From assembly GCA_965203515.1 (NCBI GenBank), contig OZ241907.1, positions 3,072,001 through 3,136,000 of the forward strand: a stretch of 64,000 nucleotides of DNA, written 5' to 3'. This document shows, in pieces, positions 41,165 to 51,117 of this stretch (within the stretch, counting starts at the first letter, position 1; each line of letters opens with the position of its first letter). Under the pieces are notes generated by a model that saw only the letters and a list, made by a program, of their open reading frames with translations, did not search any database and was not told the DNA's origin. Origin of the DNA: Spirochaetia bacterium. GTDB taxonomy: Bacteria > Spirochaetota > Spirochaetia > SZUA-6 > Bin103. The position numbers were made by a program, and so were the translations under genes.

Positions 41165-43183
41165 ATGGCAAGTTCACTCCGCGGCACGCGGCCGCGCGTC
41201 GACGACTTCACGCTGTTGCTGGCCGCCCTGTCGGTACTCGGCGTCGTCCTCGTGCTGGCGCGGCAGATCGTCTACGGCGCAGGATTGGCCGGGGACTCAT
41301 TGGAGTACCTGGCTATCGCCGGAAACGTGCTGGCCGGCGAAGGCTTGACCTACCTGACCGGTGAGCCTGCTACGTTGTGGCCCCCGCTCTATCCGCTGCT
41401 GTTGGCCGGCGCCACGCTGGGCATCGTCGCCCCGCTCGACGTCGCCGGTCCCCTCAACGCCGTCATCTTCGGGCTCACCATATTCGCCGTGGGCCACTAC
41501 CTGCGCAAACGCCTAGCGGCCCGCTTCCCGGTGGTATGGGTCTGCATAGCGATAGCCCTGTCGATTCCCTTGGCCGATCTGGCGTCCTGGGCGATGGCCG
41601 GCCCTGCCTTCATGCTGTTGGCAACCGCCGCGCTCATCCGCGCCGACACGTTCCTGGTCGAGGGCAGGACGTCGTCTCTGGTCTGGGCGGGCGTGTTCAG
41701 CGCCCTGGCATGGCAGACCCGATACCTAGGCATAGCCGTGCCGGTGGTCGTGGGGCTGACGCTCTGCTTCCAATCGGGCGCATCGCTGCGGCAGCGGGTA
41801 CGACGTTGCGCCGGCTTCTCGCTGCTCGCCGGTGCGCCCATGGCGCTCTGGCTGGTGCGCAATTACCTGATCGCCGGGGCCATAACCGGACACGATTGGC
41901 CGATCGAATACCGTTTGCCGGCGATTCTGGGCGACATTGGCGAGGGTCTGTGGAGCTGGTTGGCATTCGACCTGCCGTTGTTCTACCGGCTGTCGAGCGA
42001 AGCCCCGGCGCTCTCGACCGCAGCGGGATTCGGATTGCTGTTGGCTGCGGCGGCGGTGGCGGCGAGCGTGATCGCGCGGCAGAAACACCTGCCCTGCTGT
42101 CTGTTCGGCGGCTTCGCGCTCACGTATCTCCTGTTGCTGGTCGCCGCGCTTGCGCAGGGGCGTACCCAATATGGATTCGAGGCGAGATACTTGACTCCAC
42201 TGTATATTCCGCTGCTGGTCGTCGCCGCGGCCGGGCTGGACCGGATTCTCAGCGGCGCACGCAAGCGGACGAGTGTCCCGTCCGCCATCCTGATGCTCTG
42301 CCTCTCCCTCGGGGGCGTGGGCCAGACTGCGGCCAACGTCTACCATATCAGGCGAGCCAACGCCGATCACTTCCACATCGGCTTCAACCGGCAACCCTGG
42401 TCTGATTCCGAGACGTTGCGCTACCTCCGAGCCAATCCTCTGGTCGGCGAAGTGCACAGCAACATGCCCCACATGGTGTTTCTCCAGTACTCTTACCCCC
42501 CCTCGGGGGACCGGCGGGATCTCGACCTTGGAAGAGTGGAATATCGGGAGTTACCTAGAAGCAGGACCGGGGGGTACGTCATCGACCGGCCCCCCGAGTC
42601 CGGCGGCGGGCGGGAGCAGTTGGCAGGGTGGCTTGCCGGGATTGTGGACGGAACCTGGGTGGTCTGGTTCGAGGACCAGGCGACCAACGACCTCTTCGAC
42701 TACGGCGCCGCCCTGTTGCGGACATCATCCGCCTTGGAGCCGGTGGCGGAGCTGGCCGACGGCGCCGTCTTCAAGGTGAACCGGAACTACGCGGTCCGTT
42801 CGGACCCGTATCGGTCGACGTATGAATCGATCGCCGGCGGTGGTCACGGCGCGCCTGCAGCGCGATCGATCTTCGACGTCTACTTTGCCGGGAACACGCT
42901 GACGTACCTCAAGGAGCCGTGCGCTGCCGGCGACGTACGGCCGCGGTTCTTCCTGCACGTCGTCCCGGAAGACTCAGCCGATCTTCTTGCCGGCGGCAAT
43001 ACGGCTGAAAGGCCAACCTTCGACAACCTTGACTTCAGCTTCCCGGACCGCGGCGTCATCCTGAACGGGAAATGCCTGGCGGTGGTAACGCTGCCGAACT
43101 ACCGAATCAACCACGTCAGGACCGGCCAGTACGTGGCCGGAGAAGGTCATGTCTGGGATGAGACCTTCCGCCCGCCCGACTGA
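41165..43183 (+). CDS. Polytopic GT-C/ArnT-PMT-like membrane protein with a soluble C-terminal domain
   Basis: DS..YL..A.N...G.G, WPPLYPLLLA, QTRYLG and RYLTPLY; about 10-12 TMs; GGAGG SD before ATG 41165. Confidence 0.7.
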   Translation: MASSLRGTRPRVDDFTLLLAALSVLGVVLVLARQIVYGAGLAGDSLEYLAIAGNVLAGEGLTYLTGEPATLWPPLYPLLLAGATLGIVAPLDVAGPLNAVIFGLTIFAVGHYLRKRLAARFPVVWVCIAIALSIPLADLASWAMAGPAFMLLATAALIRADTFLVEGRTSSLVWAGVFSALAWQTRYLGIAVPVVVGLTLCFQSGASLRQRVRRCAGFSLLAGAPMALWLVRNYLIAGAITGHDWPIEYRLPAILGDIGEGLWSWLAFDLPLFYRLSSEAPALSTAAGFGLLLAAAAVAASVIARQKHLPCCLFGGFALTYLLLLVAALAQGRTQYGFEARYLTPLYIPLLVVAAAGLDRILSGARKRTSVPSAILMLCLSLGGVGQTAANVYHIRRANADHFHIGFNRQPWSDSETLRYLRANPLVGEVHSNMPHMVFLQYSYPPSGDRRDLDLGRVEYRELPRSRTGGYVIDRPPESGGGREQLAGWLAGIVDGTWVVWFEDQATNDLFDYGAALLRTSSALEPVAELADGAVFKVNRNYAVRSDPYRSTYESIAGGGHGAPAARSIFDVYFAGNTLTYLKEPCAAGDVRPRFFLHVVPEDSADLLAGGNTAERPTFDNLDFSFPDRGVILNGKCLAVVTLPNYRINHVRTGQYVAGEGHVWDETFRPPD

Positions 43184-43287
43184 GCTCTCGAGTATCTGCC
43201 TTACGGCGTATCGATCTGCGACCATCGGGATCGGCTCGCGACAATTCTTTTCTTTGTCGATGGAATTCATGCACCGGCCGGCCGGCG

Positions 43288-44385
43288 CTATCGTTCGGCG
43301 ATCGGGACGAACGGCCGGTCGTCGGGTCCGACGTATTCGGCGTCGGGGCGGATCAGCTTGTTGTCGGCGAGTTGCTCGATCACGTGCGCGGCCCAGCCGG
43401 CCAGACGGGCGATCACGAACACCGGGGTGAACAACCGCTGCTCGATGCCGAGTTGGTGGAACACCACGGCGCTGTAGAAGTCGAGATTGGGAAACAGCCC
43501 CTTCTCGCGCCGCATCACCGCCTCGATGCGGCGCGCGATGGCCAGCCGATCAGCGCCGCCGTGCTCCTCGACCAGCCGCTCGGCGCACGCCTCGATGATC
43601 GGCGAACGCGGATCGCCGCCGCGATAGACGCGGTGGCCGAATCCCATGATCAGCTTCTTTTCCGCCAGCAGCCGCATGACGCCCGACTCCGCCGCGTCCG
43701 GGTCTTCGAAGGAGCGGATCAGGTCGAGCGCCGCCTCATTGGCGCCGCCGTGCAGCGGTCCGCGCAACGTGCCGATGGCGGCGGTCACGGCGGAGTGAAA
43801 GTCGGTGAGGGTCGAGGCGGCCGTGCGGGCCACGAAGGTGGAGGCGTTGAACTCGTGCTCGGCGTACAGGGTCATGGCGATGTCCAGGGTGCGCTCCGCC
43901 GCCGGCGTCACCGGCCCGGCGCCGAGCTGCGCCAACGTGTAGGCGGCGTGCGAGCCCGCTTCGCCGGCGGCGGCGTCCGCGCGCCGCCAGCAGCCGATCA
44001 ACGCCGGGAGCTGCGCCAGCAGCGTATCGGCGGCGTCGGCCATGACGGCCGGCTCCTCGACCGGGGCGACCGCGCCCAGCGCCGAGCAGCCGGTGCGCAG
44101 CACGTCCATCGGATGCGCGCGATCGGGCAGCCTCCGCACGACGGCGCGCACCGCCTCCGGCAGCGTCCGGCGCGCGCGCAGCCGGTCGCGGTATGCGGCC
44201 AGCTCCGCGGCGGACGGCAGCCCGCCGTGGATCAGCAGGCAGGCCACCTCCTCGAAGCAGGCCCCGGCGGCCAGCTCCTCGATCAGGTAGCCGCGGTAGC
44301 GCAGCCCGCGGCCGGCCTTGCCGACGGTGGCGATCGCCGACCGGCCCGCGATCACCCCGCTCAGCCCGGCGCCGGCCTCAGCCAC
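43288..44385 (-). CDS. prpC: 2-methylcitrate synthase
   Basis: GLRYRGY, YAEHEFNASTF, GPLHGGANE, MGFGHRVY..GDPR and FPNLDFYS; next to prpB. Confidence 0.93.
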   Translation of the reverse strand: MAEAGAGLSGVIAGRSAIATVGKAGRGLRYRGYLIEELAAGACFEEVACLLIHGGLPSAAELAAYRDRLRARRTLPEAVRAVVRRLPDRAHPMDVLRTGCSALGAVAPVEEPAVMADAADTLLAQLPALIGCWRRADAAAGEAGSHAAYTLAQLGAGPVTPAAERTLDIAMTLYAEHEFNASTFVARTAASTLTDFHSAVTAAIGTLRGPLHGGANEAALDLIRSFEDPDAAESGVMRLLAEKKLIMGFGHRVYRGGDPRSPIIEACAERLVEEHGGADRLAIARRIEAVMRREKGLFPNLDFYSAVVFHQLGIEQRLFTPVFVIARLAGWAAHVIEQLADNKLIRPDAEYVGPDDRPFVPIAER

Positions 44386-45253
44386 GGTCGCCGCTCCACG
44401 CCAGGATCGCGTCCGCGCGTTCCTCATAACGCTCGTAGTCGAGCGTCCGGTACAGTTCGGCACGCGTCTGCATCTGCGTGATCACCTCCCTCTGGGTGCC
44501 GTCACGGCGAATCGCCTCGAATACGGAGGCGGCCGCCTTGGCCATGGCGCGAAAGCCGGACAGCGGATAGAGCGCCAGCGCCACGCCGGCCGCGCCGAGC
44601 TGCTCCCGGCTCCACAGCGGCGTCCGGCCGAATTCGGTGACGTTGGCCAGCACCGGCGCCCGCGCCGCTGCCGCCACCCGACCGAACTGCTCCAGCGCCG
44701 TGGCGCCCTCGAAGAAGATCATGTCCGCTCCGGCTTCGACGTAGCGGCCGCACCGCTCCACCGCCGACTCGATCCCTTCGACGGCCAGCGCGTCCGTGCG
44801 GGCCATCACGACGAACCGGTCGTCCGGCCGGCCGTCGACCGCGGCGGCGATCCGTTCCCGCATCAGGTCGGCCGGCACCAGCCGCTTGCCGGCGCGATGG
44901 CCGCACCGCTTGGCCGGCACCTGATCTTCCAGGTGCATGGCGGCGGCGCCGGCGCGCGCCAACTCGCGGGCGGCGCGGCCGATCGCCAGGCTCTCCCCCC
45001 AGCCGGTGTCGGCGTCGACCAGCAACGGCAGCGGCACGGCGCCGGTGATCCGCCGGGTCTCTTCCAGCACGTCGCCCAACCCCGTCATAGCCAGATCGGG
45101 CAGCGCGAACCCGGCGTTCGCCACGCCCGCGCCGGACAGGTAGATCGCCCGGAACCCCGCTGCCTGCGCCTGCACGGCCGCGTACGCGTTGATCACGCCC
45201 ACCACCTGCAGAGGCCGTTCGGCGCTCAGGGCGGCGTGCAGATCGCCGGTCAT
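44378..45253 (-). CDS. prpB: Methylisocitrate lyase
   Basis: AIYLSGAG, LVDADTGWG, LEDQ...KRCGH and LANVTEFGRTP. Confidence 0.95.
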   Translation of the reverse strand: MTGDLHAALSAERPLQVVGVINAYAAVQAQAAGFRAIYLSGAGVANAGFALPDLAMTGLGDVLEETRRITGAVPLPLLVDADTGWGESLAIGRAARELARAGAAAMHLEDQVPAKRCGHRAGKRLVPADLMRERIAAAVDGRPDDRFVVMARTDALAVEGIESAVERCGRYVEAGADMIFFEGATALEQFGRVAAAARAPVLANVTEFGRTPLWSREQLGAAGVALALYPLSGFRAMAKAAASVFEAIRRDGTQREVITQMQTRAELYRTLDYERYEERADAILAWSGDRG

Positions 45254-45294
45254 CACGCTTTCAGGTTGCCGATCCACGGGTCGATAATCAAGTG

Positions 45295-45981
45295 ATGCGC
45301 GCCGTATTGCCGGTGTTGTTCGCGCTGGCCGCGACCGGCGCCGCCGCTCAGCCGGCGCTGCCGGCGACCGCGTCCGTGCCGGGGTCCGGCGTTGCGGCGT
45401 CGTCGTCGCCGGTCACCACCGGCACCGCCTCCTGGTACGGCTGGCAGTTCCACGGCCGGCCCACCGCCAGCGGCGAGACCTACGACATGAACGGATTCAC
45501 CGCCGCGCACCGCACCCTGCCGTTCGGCACCCTGGTGCGGGTCTCCCTGATCGACGGCAGCGCCAGCGTCGACGTCCGCATCAACGACCGCGGTCCGTTC
45601 GTGGACGACCGCATCATCGACCTGTCGCTCAGCGCCGCCCGCCGGCTGGGAATGCTCCGCAGCGGCGTCGCCGAGGTGCGCCTGCAGGTGGTGGGCCGGC
45701 CGCAGCCGCAGCGCTACGTGCTGCAAATCGGCTCCTTCAGCAGCTCCGACAACGCACGGAACCTGCTCCGCAGGCTGCAGGCGCGCAACGTCCCCGCCGC
45801 CCTGGAGTCGGCCGGGGCCTTCACCCGGGTCGTCACCGAACCGGCTACGGATGTCGAGCTGCCGGCGATCGAGGACCGGCTGCGCGCGTTCGGGATCCAT
45901 GCCTGGGTACGCAGGGCGTGCTCGGAGCTGCAGGGCGCAGGAGCGGCACAGGCTCGCACGCCGTGCCCGGCCGGTGTATAA
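45295..45981 (+). CDS. rlpA: RlpA septal ring lytic transglycosylase with SPOR domain
   Basis: GTASWYG..FHGRPTASGE.YDM..FTAAHRTLPFGT, INDRGPF..RIIDLS and LQIGSFSSSDNA. Confidence 0.92.
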   Translation: MRAVLPVLFALAATGAAAQPALPATASVPGSGVAASSSPVTTGTASWYGWQFHGRPTASGETYDMNGFTAAHRTLPFGTLVRVSLIDGSASVDVRINDRGPFVDDRIIDLSLSAARRLGMLRSGVAEVRLQVVGRPQPQRYVLQIGSFSSSDNARNLLRRLQARNVPAALESAGAFTRVVTEPATDVELPAIEDRLRAFGIHAWVRRACSELQGAGAAQARTPCPAGV

Positions 45982-46026
45982 CCGTGACGCGACGGCGCGT
46001 TCACGTTTTCACGCGGCGCGCAGGCA

Positions 46027-46100
<74 letters not shown>

Positions 46101-46126
46101 GGAGCAGTCCCGGTGTAGGAGGGGTC

Positions 46127-47761
46127 GTGCGGATCGCCCTGGCTCAGATCAACCCGACCATCGGCGACTTCGCCGGCAACGTCGACCGGATCGCGGCCGC
46201 CGCGCAGGCGGCGCGGGCGCGCGGCGCCAAGCTGGTCGTGTGCCCGGAGTTGTCGGTCTGCGGCTACCCGCCGATGGACCTGCTCGATCACCGCTCCTTC
46301 GTAGCGGCCAACATCGAGGCGCTGAACCGCCTGCGACAGCGCCTGCCGTTCGGGCTGGGCGTGGTGGTCGGCCACGTCGCGCCCAACCCGACCGGCGTCG
46401 GCAAGACGCTGTACAACGCCGCGTCGCTGCTCGCCGACGGCGCCGTGGTCGGCTCGCAGGCCAAGAGCCTGCTGCCCACCTACGACGTCTTCGACGAGGC
46501 CCGCTACTTCGAGCCGGCCGCCGCATGCCGGCCGGTACCGTTCGCGGGCCAGCGGCTCGGCCTGACGATCTGCGAGGACATCTGGTGGGAGTCGGCGCCC
46601 GACCCGTCCGGCGCCTACGCGCGCGACCCGGTGGCCGAGCAGACCCGCGCCGGCGCGACCATGATGCTGGCGCCCTCCGCATCCCCCTATCATCTCGGCA
46701 AGCCGGCGGTCCGCAGCGCGCTGCTCGCGCGGGTCGCCGCCGCCAGCGGCTGTCCGGTCCTGTACGCCAACGCGGTCGGCGGCAACGACGGGCTCATCTT
46801 CGACGGGCAATCCCTGGCGTGCGCGGCCGACGGGCGGCTGATCCACCGGTCGCCCGGGTTCCGCGAGGACGTGGCCGTGGTCGATACCGACTCGACCGAG
46901 CGCGCCGCGCCCGCCGGCGACGACTACCGGGAGGTCGAAGCCGCCATCGGCATCGGGCTGCGCGACTACCTGGCCAAGACCGGCCACGACCGCGTCTGCC
47001 TGGCGGTCTCCGGCGGCATCGACTCCGCGGTGGTGGCGGCCGTCGCCGCCCGGCAGCTCGGCGCCGAGCGGGTCACCGCGTTCGCGCTGCCGTCCCGGTA
47101 CTCGTCGGCCGGCAGCCGCCGCGACGCGGAGGCGCTGGCGCGGGCGCTGGGGATCGACTTGCACGTATTGTCGATCGAGCCGGCGTTCGCGGCGTTCCTG
47201 CGGACACTGGCGCCGGTGTTCGCCGGGCGTCCGCCGGACACCGCGGAGGAGAACCTGCAGGCGCGCATCCGCGGCGCCCTGGTGATGGCGTTCGCCAACA
47301 AGACCGGCGCGCTCGCCCTGGCGACCGGCAACAAGAGCGAGTTGGCGACCGGCTACGCCACCCTGTACGGCGACATGGCCGGGGCGCTGGCGCCGATCGG
47401 CGATCTGTGGAAGACGCAGGTCTACGCGCTGGCGCGCCGCATCAATCGGGACGGGCCGATCATCCCGGACGCGACGATCGACAAGCCGCCGTCGGCGGAG
47501 CTGCGGCCGGGCCAGCTCGACAGCGACTCGCTGCCGCCGTACGGAGTACTGGACGCCATCCTGCAGCGCTACGTCGAGCGGAGCGAAGGGGCCGGGCAGA
47601 TCGTGGCCGCCGGCTTCGAGCCCGGGCTGGTCGATCGCGTCCTGCGGATGGTGGGCCAAGCCGAGCACAAGCGGCGGCAGGCGGCCACGGTGATCAAGGT
47701 GTCGCCGCGGGCGTTCGGCCCCGGCCGCCGCTTCCCGATCGCCCGCGCCATGTCCGCCTGA
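46127..47761 (+). CDS. nadE: Glutamine-dependent NAD+ synthetase
   Basis: Nitrilase domain (PEL, K..LP.YDVFDEARYF, ICEDIW) plus SGGIDS, ENLQARIRG, TGNKSE and PPSAELRPGQ.DSDSLP. Confidence 0.96.
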   Translation: MRIALAQINPTIGDFAGNVDRIAAAAQAARARGAKLVVCPELSVCGYPPMDLLDHRSFVAANIEALNRLRQRLPFGLGVVVGHVAPNPTGVGKTLYNAASLLADGAVVGSQAKSLLPTYDVFDEARYFEPAAACRPVPFAGQRLGLTICEDIWWESAPDPSGAYARDPVAEQTRAGATMMLAPSASPYHLGKPAVRSALLARVAAASGCPVLYANAVGGNDGLIFDGQSLACAADGRLIHRSPGFREDVAVVDTDSTERAAPAGDDYREVEAAIGIGLRDYLAKTGHDRVCLAVSGGIDSAVVAAVAARQLGAERVTAFALPSRYSSAGSRRDAEALARALGIDLHVLSIEPAFAAFLRTLAPVFAGRPPDTAEENLQARIRGALVMAFANKTGALALATGNKSELATGYATLYGDMAGALAPIGDLWKTQVYALARRINRDGPIIPDATIDKPPSAELRPGQLDSDSLPPYGVLDAILQRYVERSEGAGQIVAAGFEPGLVDRVLRMVGQAEHKRRQAATVIKVSPRAFGPGRRFPIARAMSA

Positions 47762-47795
47762 CGCTCCATGTCCTCCTGACGCCGCGCCGCCGGCG

Positions 47796-49532
47796 CTAGG
47801 AAGAGGCGGTCAGCGTCTCCAGGTCGAGCTCGCCTGCCGCGCACGGCACCTGAATCGCCCACGCTTCCAGCACCTCGGGGTGCAGCTCGCCGATCCGGCC
47901 GGCCGGCGTCTCGCCGGCGCCGACCAGCACCTCCGCGGCGCGGCCCGGCGCGAACCGCGGATCGGCGCAGGCGCGCAGCCGGTACGGGATGCGCAGGTAG
48001 TAGAGCAGCCCGGCCAGATGCTCGTTGACGTCGTTGAAGCCGGCTGCTCCGCTGGCGTAGAGGAACCCCAGATGGGTGCGCGTCACGGTGCCGGAATCAT
48101 CGCCGGCATCGCGGCGGGCGGTCTTGCCGACCTCGAACAGACGGTGCGGGTAGACCGCGTGCGCGCTGGCCGCCTCGCACCGCAGCAGGCTCGGCAGGGT
48201 GGAGGCGCGCACCACCGCGTAGTTCTCGGAGATCGGGTTGGCGATGCGCAGCACCTGCCGGTCGAGCTCCGCGTCGCCGGCCGACCGCATGCGCTCGACG
48301 TGATCCCGGTAGGAGCCGAGATAGCTCACCATCAGCTCCTCGTAGCCGAGCCCCACCATCAGCCCGCGCGCGCGCCGGCTGAACCGCTCGATGCCGGTGA
48401 GCCGGCCGGCCGTGAAATCCTCCGGCAGCGTCGGCCGGAACGAGTCGAGGCCGCGCCCGATCACCACCTCCTCGATCACGTCGACCGGGTGCAGGAAGTC
48501 GTTGCGGAACGGCGGCGGCCGCACCGTCAGGCGGTCCCCGTTCGCCGCCGCCTCGACCCCGGCCAGCCGCAGCGCGCGCAGCGCCTCGCCGGCCGCCACC
48601 GGCTCTCCGAGCAACCGGCCCACGGACGACAACTCGACGTCGACCGGCTCCTGGAACGCCATCGGCGCGGTCACCTCCCGTCCGAACGGCGTGTCGTACG
48701 GGTAGCGCGTCGTGACCGGACGGATGCGGAAGCCGGCGTCGGCCAAGTCGCACGCGACGATCGAGGCGGCCAGCAGCAGATGGCTCAGGTCGGTGCCGGT
48801 CACCTCCACGAACAGGTCGTCGTCTTCCGGCTTGACCGACCCCAGCCCGGCGCTGTTGATGACCGGCGGCATGCTGAGCGCGCGGCCATCGGCGTCGACC
48901 AGGAACGGAAAGCGCCGGTGATCGGCGATGATCGGGCCGAACTCCACCCCCTTGGGATGGCGGGCCAGCACGTCGCGCAGGCTCATCTCCTCCGGCGGCC
49001 GGTCGTCGGCCGGCAGCGGCGCGAATCGGGTCGCGTCCGGATCGGCGGCCAGGTAGCGGATCGGGTAGCGCATCCGGCCGGCGCGGTACACGCCCATGGC
49101 GATCGCGCGGCGCTTGCGGCCGTAGCTCCAGCAGAGCTTCTCCTGCGTCTGGATCAGATCGACCAGCAGGGCTTCGCCCACGGCGGGCCCGCTCGCCTGA
49201 AAGCCGACGATGTACGGCCGCACCGGCTCGATCTCCGCATCGACCTCGATGACGCGCCCTTCGCACGGCAGCGGCGCATCCGGCCGCGAGAAGCAGTCAT
49301 AGGCGGGCGGCGGCTCGCCCAGCCGGGCGCGGAGCAGGCGCGCCAGCCCGGCCGTGGACCAGAGATCGGGCCGATTGGTGTCGTTGAGCTCGATGCGCCG
49401 GACGCCGGCGTCGAGGTCCCGTTCATCCAGCACCGCCTTGGCGCCGGACAGCAGCGGCGCCAGCTCGGCGTCATCGATCGGCCGGCCCAGGAACCGTTCC
49501 AGCAGCGCGTCGGCCACGTCGATCTTGGGCAT
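47796..49532 (-). CDS. pheT: Phenylalanyl-tRNA synthetase beta subunit, short archaeal/eukaryote type
   Basis: MPKIDV, ELNDTNRPDLWS, QTQEKL...YGRKR, R.DFLHPVDVIEEV and NPISENY; 578 aa, lacking the bacterial B2/B8 domains. Confidence 0.93.
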   Translation of the reverse strand: MPKIDVADALLERFLGRPIDDAELAPLLSGAKAVLDERDLDAGVRRIELNDTNRPDLWSTAGLARLLRARLGEPPPAYDCFSRPDAPLPCEGRVIEVDAEIEPVRPYIVGFQASGPAVGEALLVDLIQTQEKLCWSYGRKRRAIAMGVYRAGRMRYPIRYLAADPDATRFAPLPADDRPPEEMSLRDVLARHPKGVEFGPIIADHRRFPFLVDADGRALSMPPVINSAGLGSVKPEDDDLFVEVTGTDLSHLLLAASIVACDLADAGFRIRPVTTRYPYDTPFGREVTAPMAFQEPVDVELSSVGRLLGEPVAAGEALRALRLAGVEAAANGDRLTVRPPPFRNDFLHPVDVIEEVVIGRGLDSFRPTLPEDFTAGRLTGIERFSRRARGLMVGLGYEELMVSYLGSYRDHVERMRSAGDAELDRQVLRIANPISENYAVVRASTLPSLLRCEAASAHAVYPHRLFEVGKTARRDAGDDSGTVTRTHLGFLYASGAAGFNDVNEHLAGLLYYLRIPYRLRACADPRFAPGRAAEVLVGAGETPAGRIGELHPEVLEAWAIQVPCAAGELDLETLTASS

Positions 49533-49534
49533 GG

Positions 49535-51082
49535 CTACGCCGTCCCGCCGGCGGCCGCAGCGCGCGTGCGCACGCGCTCCAGGTCCTCGGCGAACAGCTC
49601 GCGGACCGTATCGAGCCCCAGCGACAGCAGCGCCATGCGGTCGATGCCAAGACCCCAGGCCAGCACCGGCACGTCCACGCCCATCGGCTCGGTCACCTCC
49701 GGGCGGAAGATGCCGGCGCCGCCCAGCTCGAACCAGCCGAGCTGCGGATGCTTGACCCACGCCTCCACGGACGGCTCGGTGAACGGGAAGTAGCCCGGCT
49801 CGAACCGCACCTCGGTCGCCTTGGCCACCTCGCGGGCGAACAGCTCCAACAGACCCAGCAGGGTCCGCAGGTTGGCGCGCTCGCTGAGGACGATCCCTTC
49901 GGTCTGATAGAAGTCGGCCAGGTGCGTGGCATCGACGTCGTCGTAGCGGAAGCAGCGCACCACCCCGAAGTACTTGCCCGGCACCTCGGCGCCGGCCAGC
50001 GCCTTGGCCGACAGCACCGTGCCCTGGCTGCGCAGGATCAGCCGGCGCGTGAAGTCGCGGTCGAAGCGGTAGCCCCAGCCGCGGCTGCCGGTCTGCCCGC
50101 CATGTTCATGGGCGGCGGCCACCGGGTCCAGGAACTGCGGGGGAATCGAGGTGGTGTGGGTCGGCTCCCGGACGTAGAAGACGTCGTGGATGTCGCGCGC
50201 CGAGTGGGACTGCGGCATGAAGAGCGCGTCGCAGTTCCAGAACTCGGTCTCCACCAGCGGCCCGTCGAACTCCTGAAAGCCGAGCGAGACCAGCTTGTCC
50301 TTGAGATCGTCCAGGAACAGCGCGTACGGGTTGTAGCGGCCGAACAGCACGCGGTTGGGCGGCGTCTCCACGTTGTAGGGGCGCAGCCCCCGCTCCCGCC
50401 AAGCGCCGGAGGCAAGGAGCTGGGGCGTCAGCACGCCGATCGCTTCCGCCTCGGTCGACGGACCGGAGGCCAACGCGGCGGCCGCCTGCGCGCCCTGCTC
50501 GGTAAGGCGGTAGAAGACCGTCTCCCGATCGCTGGCGCGAAACGCCGCGCGCGCCCCGCGCCGGCGGCTGAGCGTCAGCAGCACCGCCCGGTCGCCGTCC
50601 GGGAGCACGGACTCGCGCAACGGGCCGGCGACCGCCGCGTCGAGCAGGCGCCGCGCGGTCGCCAGCGACGCGGGCCGGGCGCCGGCCGCCGCCGCGCGCT
50701 TGCCTTCATCCATGCGCACCGCCTGCGCGCGCGCCAGCGCGCCGAACGCCGAGCCGACCGCTCGCTGGTCGAGCCCGGTGCGCCCGGCCAGCTCCGGCAG
50801 GGAGAGCGGGCCGTCGGCTTCGAGCCGGTCGAGGATGCGTTCCTCCGGCATGCCGTCCCGCTGATACGCATGGCCCAGCTCCGTCAGGCCGTGCTCCACG
50901 TCACTGACCCGGCGGGTCTCCGCCACCCAGCCCTTGCCGGTGAGCCAGGAGACGGCCTGATTGACCTGACCCAGCACCAGGCCGGCCCGCGCGGCCAGCG
51001 TTTCTGGGGTCGATTCGTCGCTCTGCCGCATCGCCTGCAGCGCGGCCGCTTCCAGCGGGTGCAGATCGGTCGGCGCCGGCAT
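49535..51082 (-). CDS. pheS: Phenylalanyl-tRNA synthetase alpha subunit, long archaeal/eukaryote type
   Basis: N-terminal wHTH-like extension; FWNCDALFMPQSHSARDIHD, FYQTEG, YFPFTEPSVE, GAGIFRPE and AWGLGIDR. Confidence 0.95.
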   Translation of the reverse strand: MPAPTDLHPLEAAALQAMRQSDESTPETLAARAGLVLGQVNQAVSWLTGKGWVAETRRVSDVEHGLTELGHAYQRDGMPEERILDRLEADGPLSLPELAGRTGLDQRAVGSAFGALARAQAVRMDEGKRAAAAGARPASLATARRLLDAAVAGPLRESVLPDGDRAVLLTLSRRRGARAAFRASDRETVFYRLTEQGAQAAAALASGPSTEAEAIGVLTPQLLASGAWRERGLRPYNVETPPNRVLFGRYNPYALFLDDLKDKLVSLGFQEFDGPLVETEFWNCDALFMPQSHSARDIHDVFYVREPTHTTSIPPQFLDPVAAAHEHGGQTGSRGWGYRFDRDFTRRLILRSQGTVLSAKALAGAEVPGKYFGVVRCFRYDDVDATHLADFYQTEGIVLSERANLRTLLGLLELFAREVAKATEVRFEPGYFPFTEPSVEAWVKHPQLGWFELGGAGIFRPEVTEPMGVDVPVLAWGLGIDRMALLSLGLDTVRELFAEDLERVRTRAAAAGGTA

Positions 51083-51117
51083 GGTCGATATGCTCCTGTT
51101 GGGTCCCGGGCCGGCCG

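Noticed and set aside
42974..43270. Minus-strand ORF starting just after prpC (MNSIDKEKNCREP...)
   Set aside because: Mostly antisense to the GT-C gene; the unique part is about 29 codons and does not resemble an EcoRV-type REase or any family I recognise.
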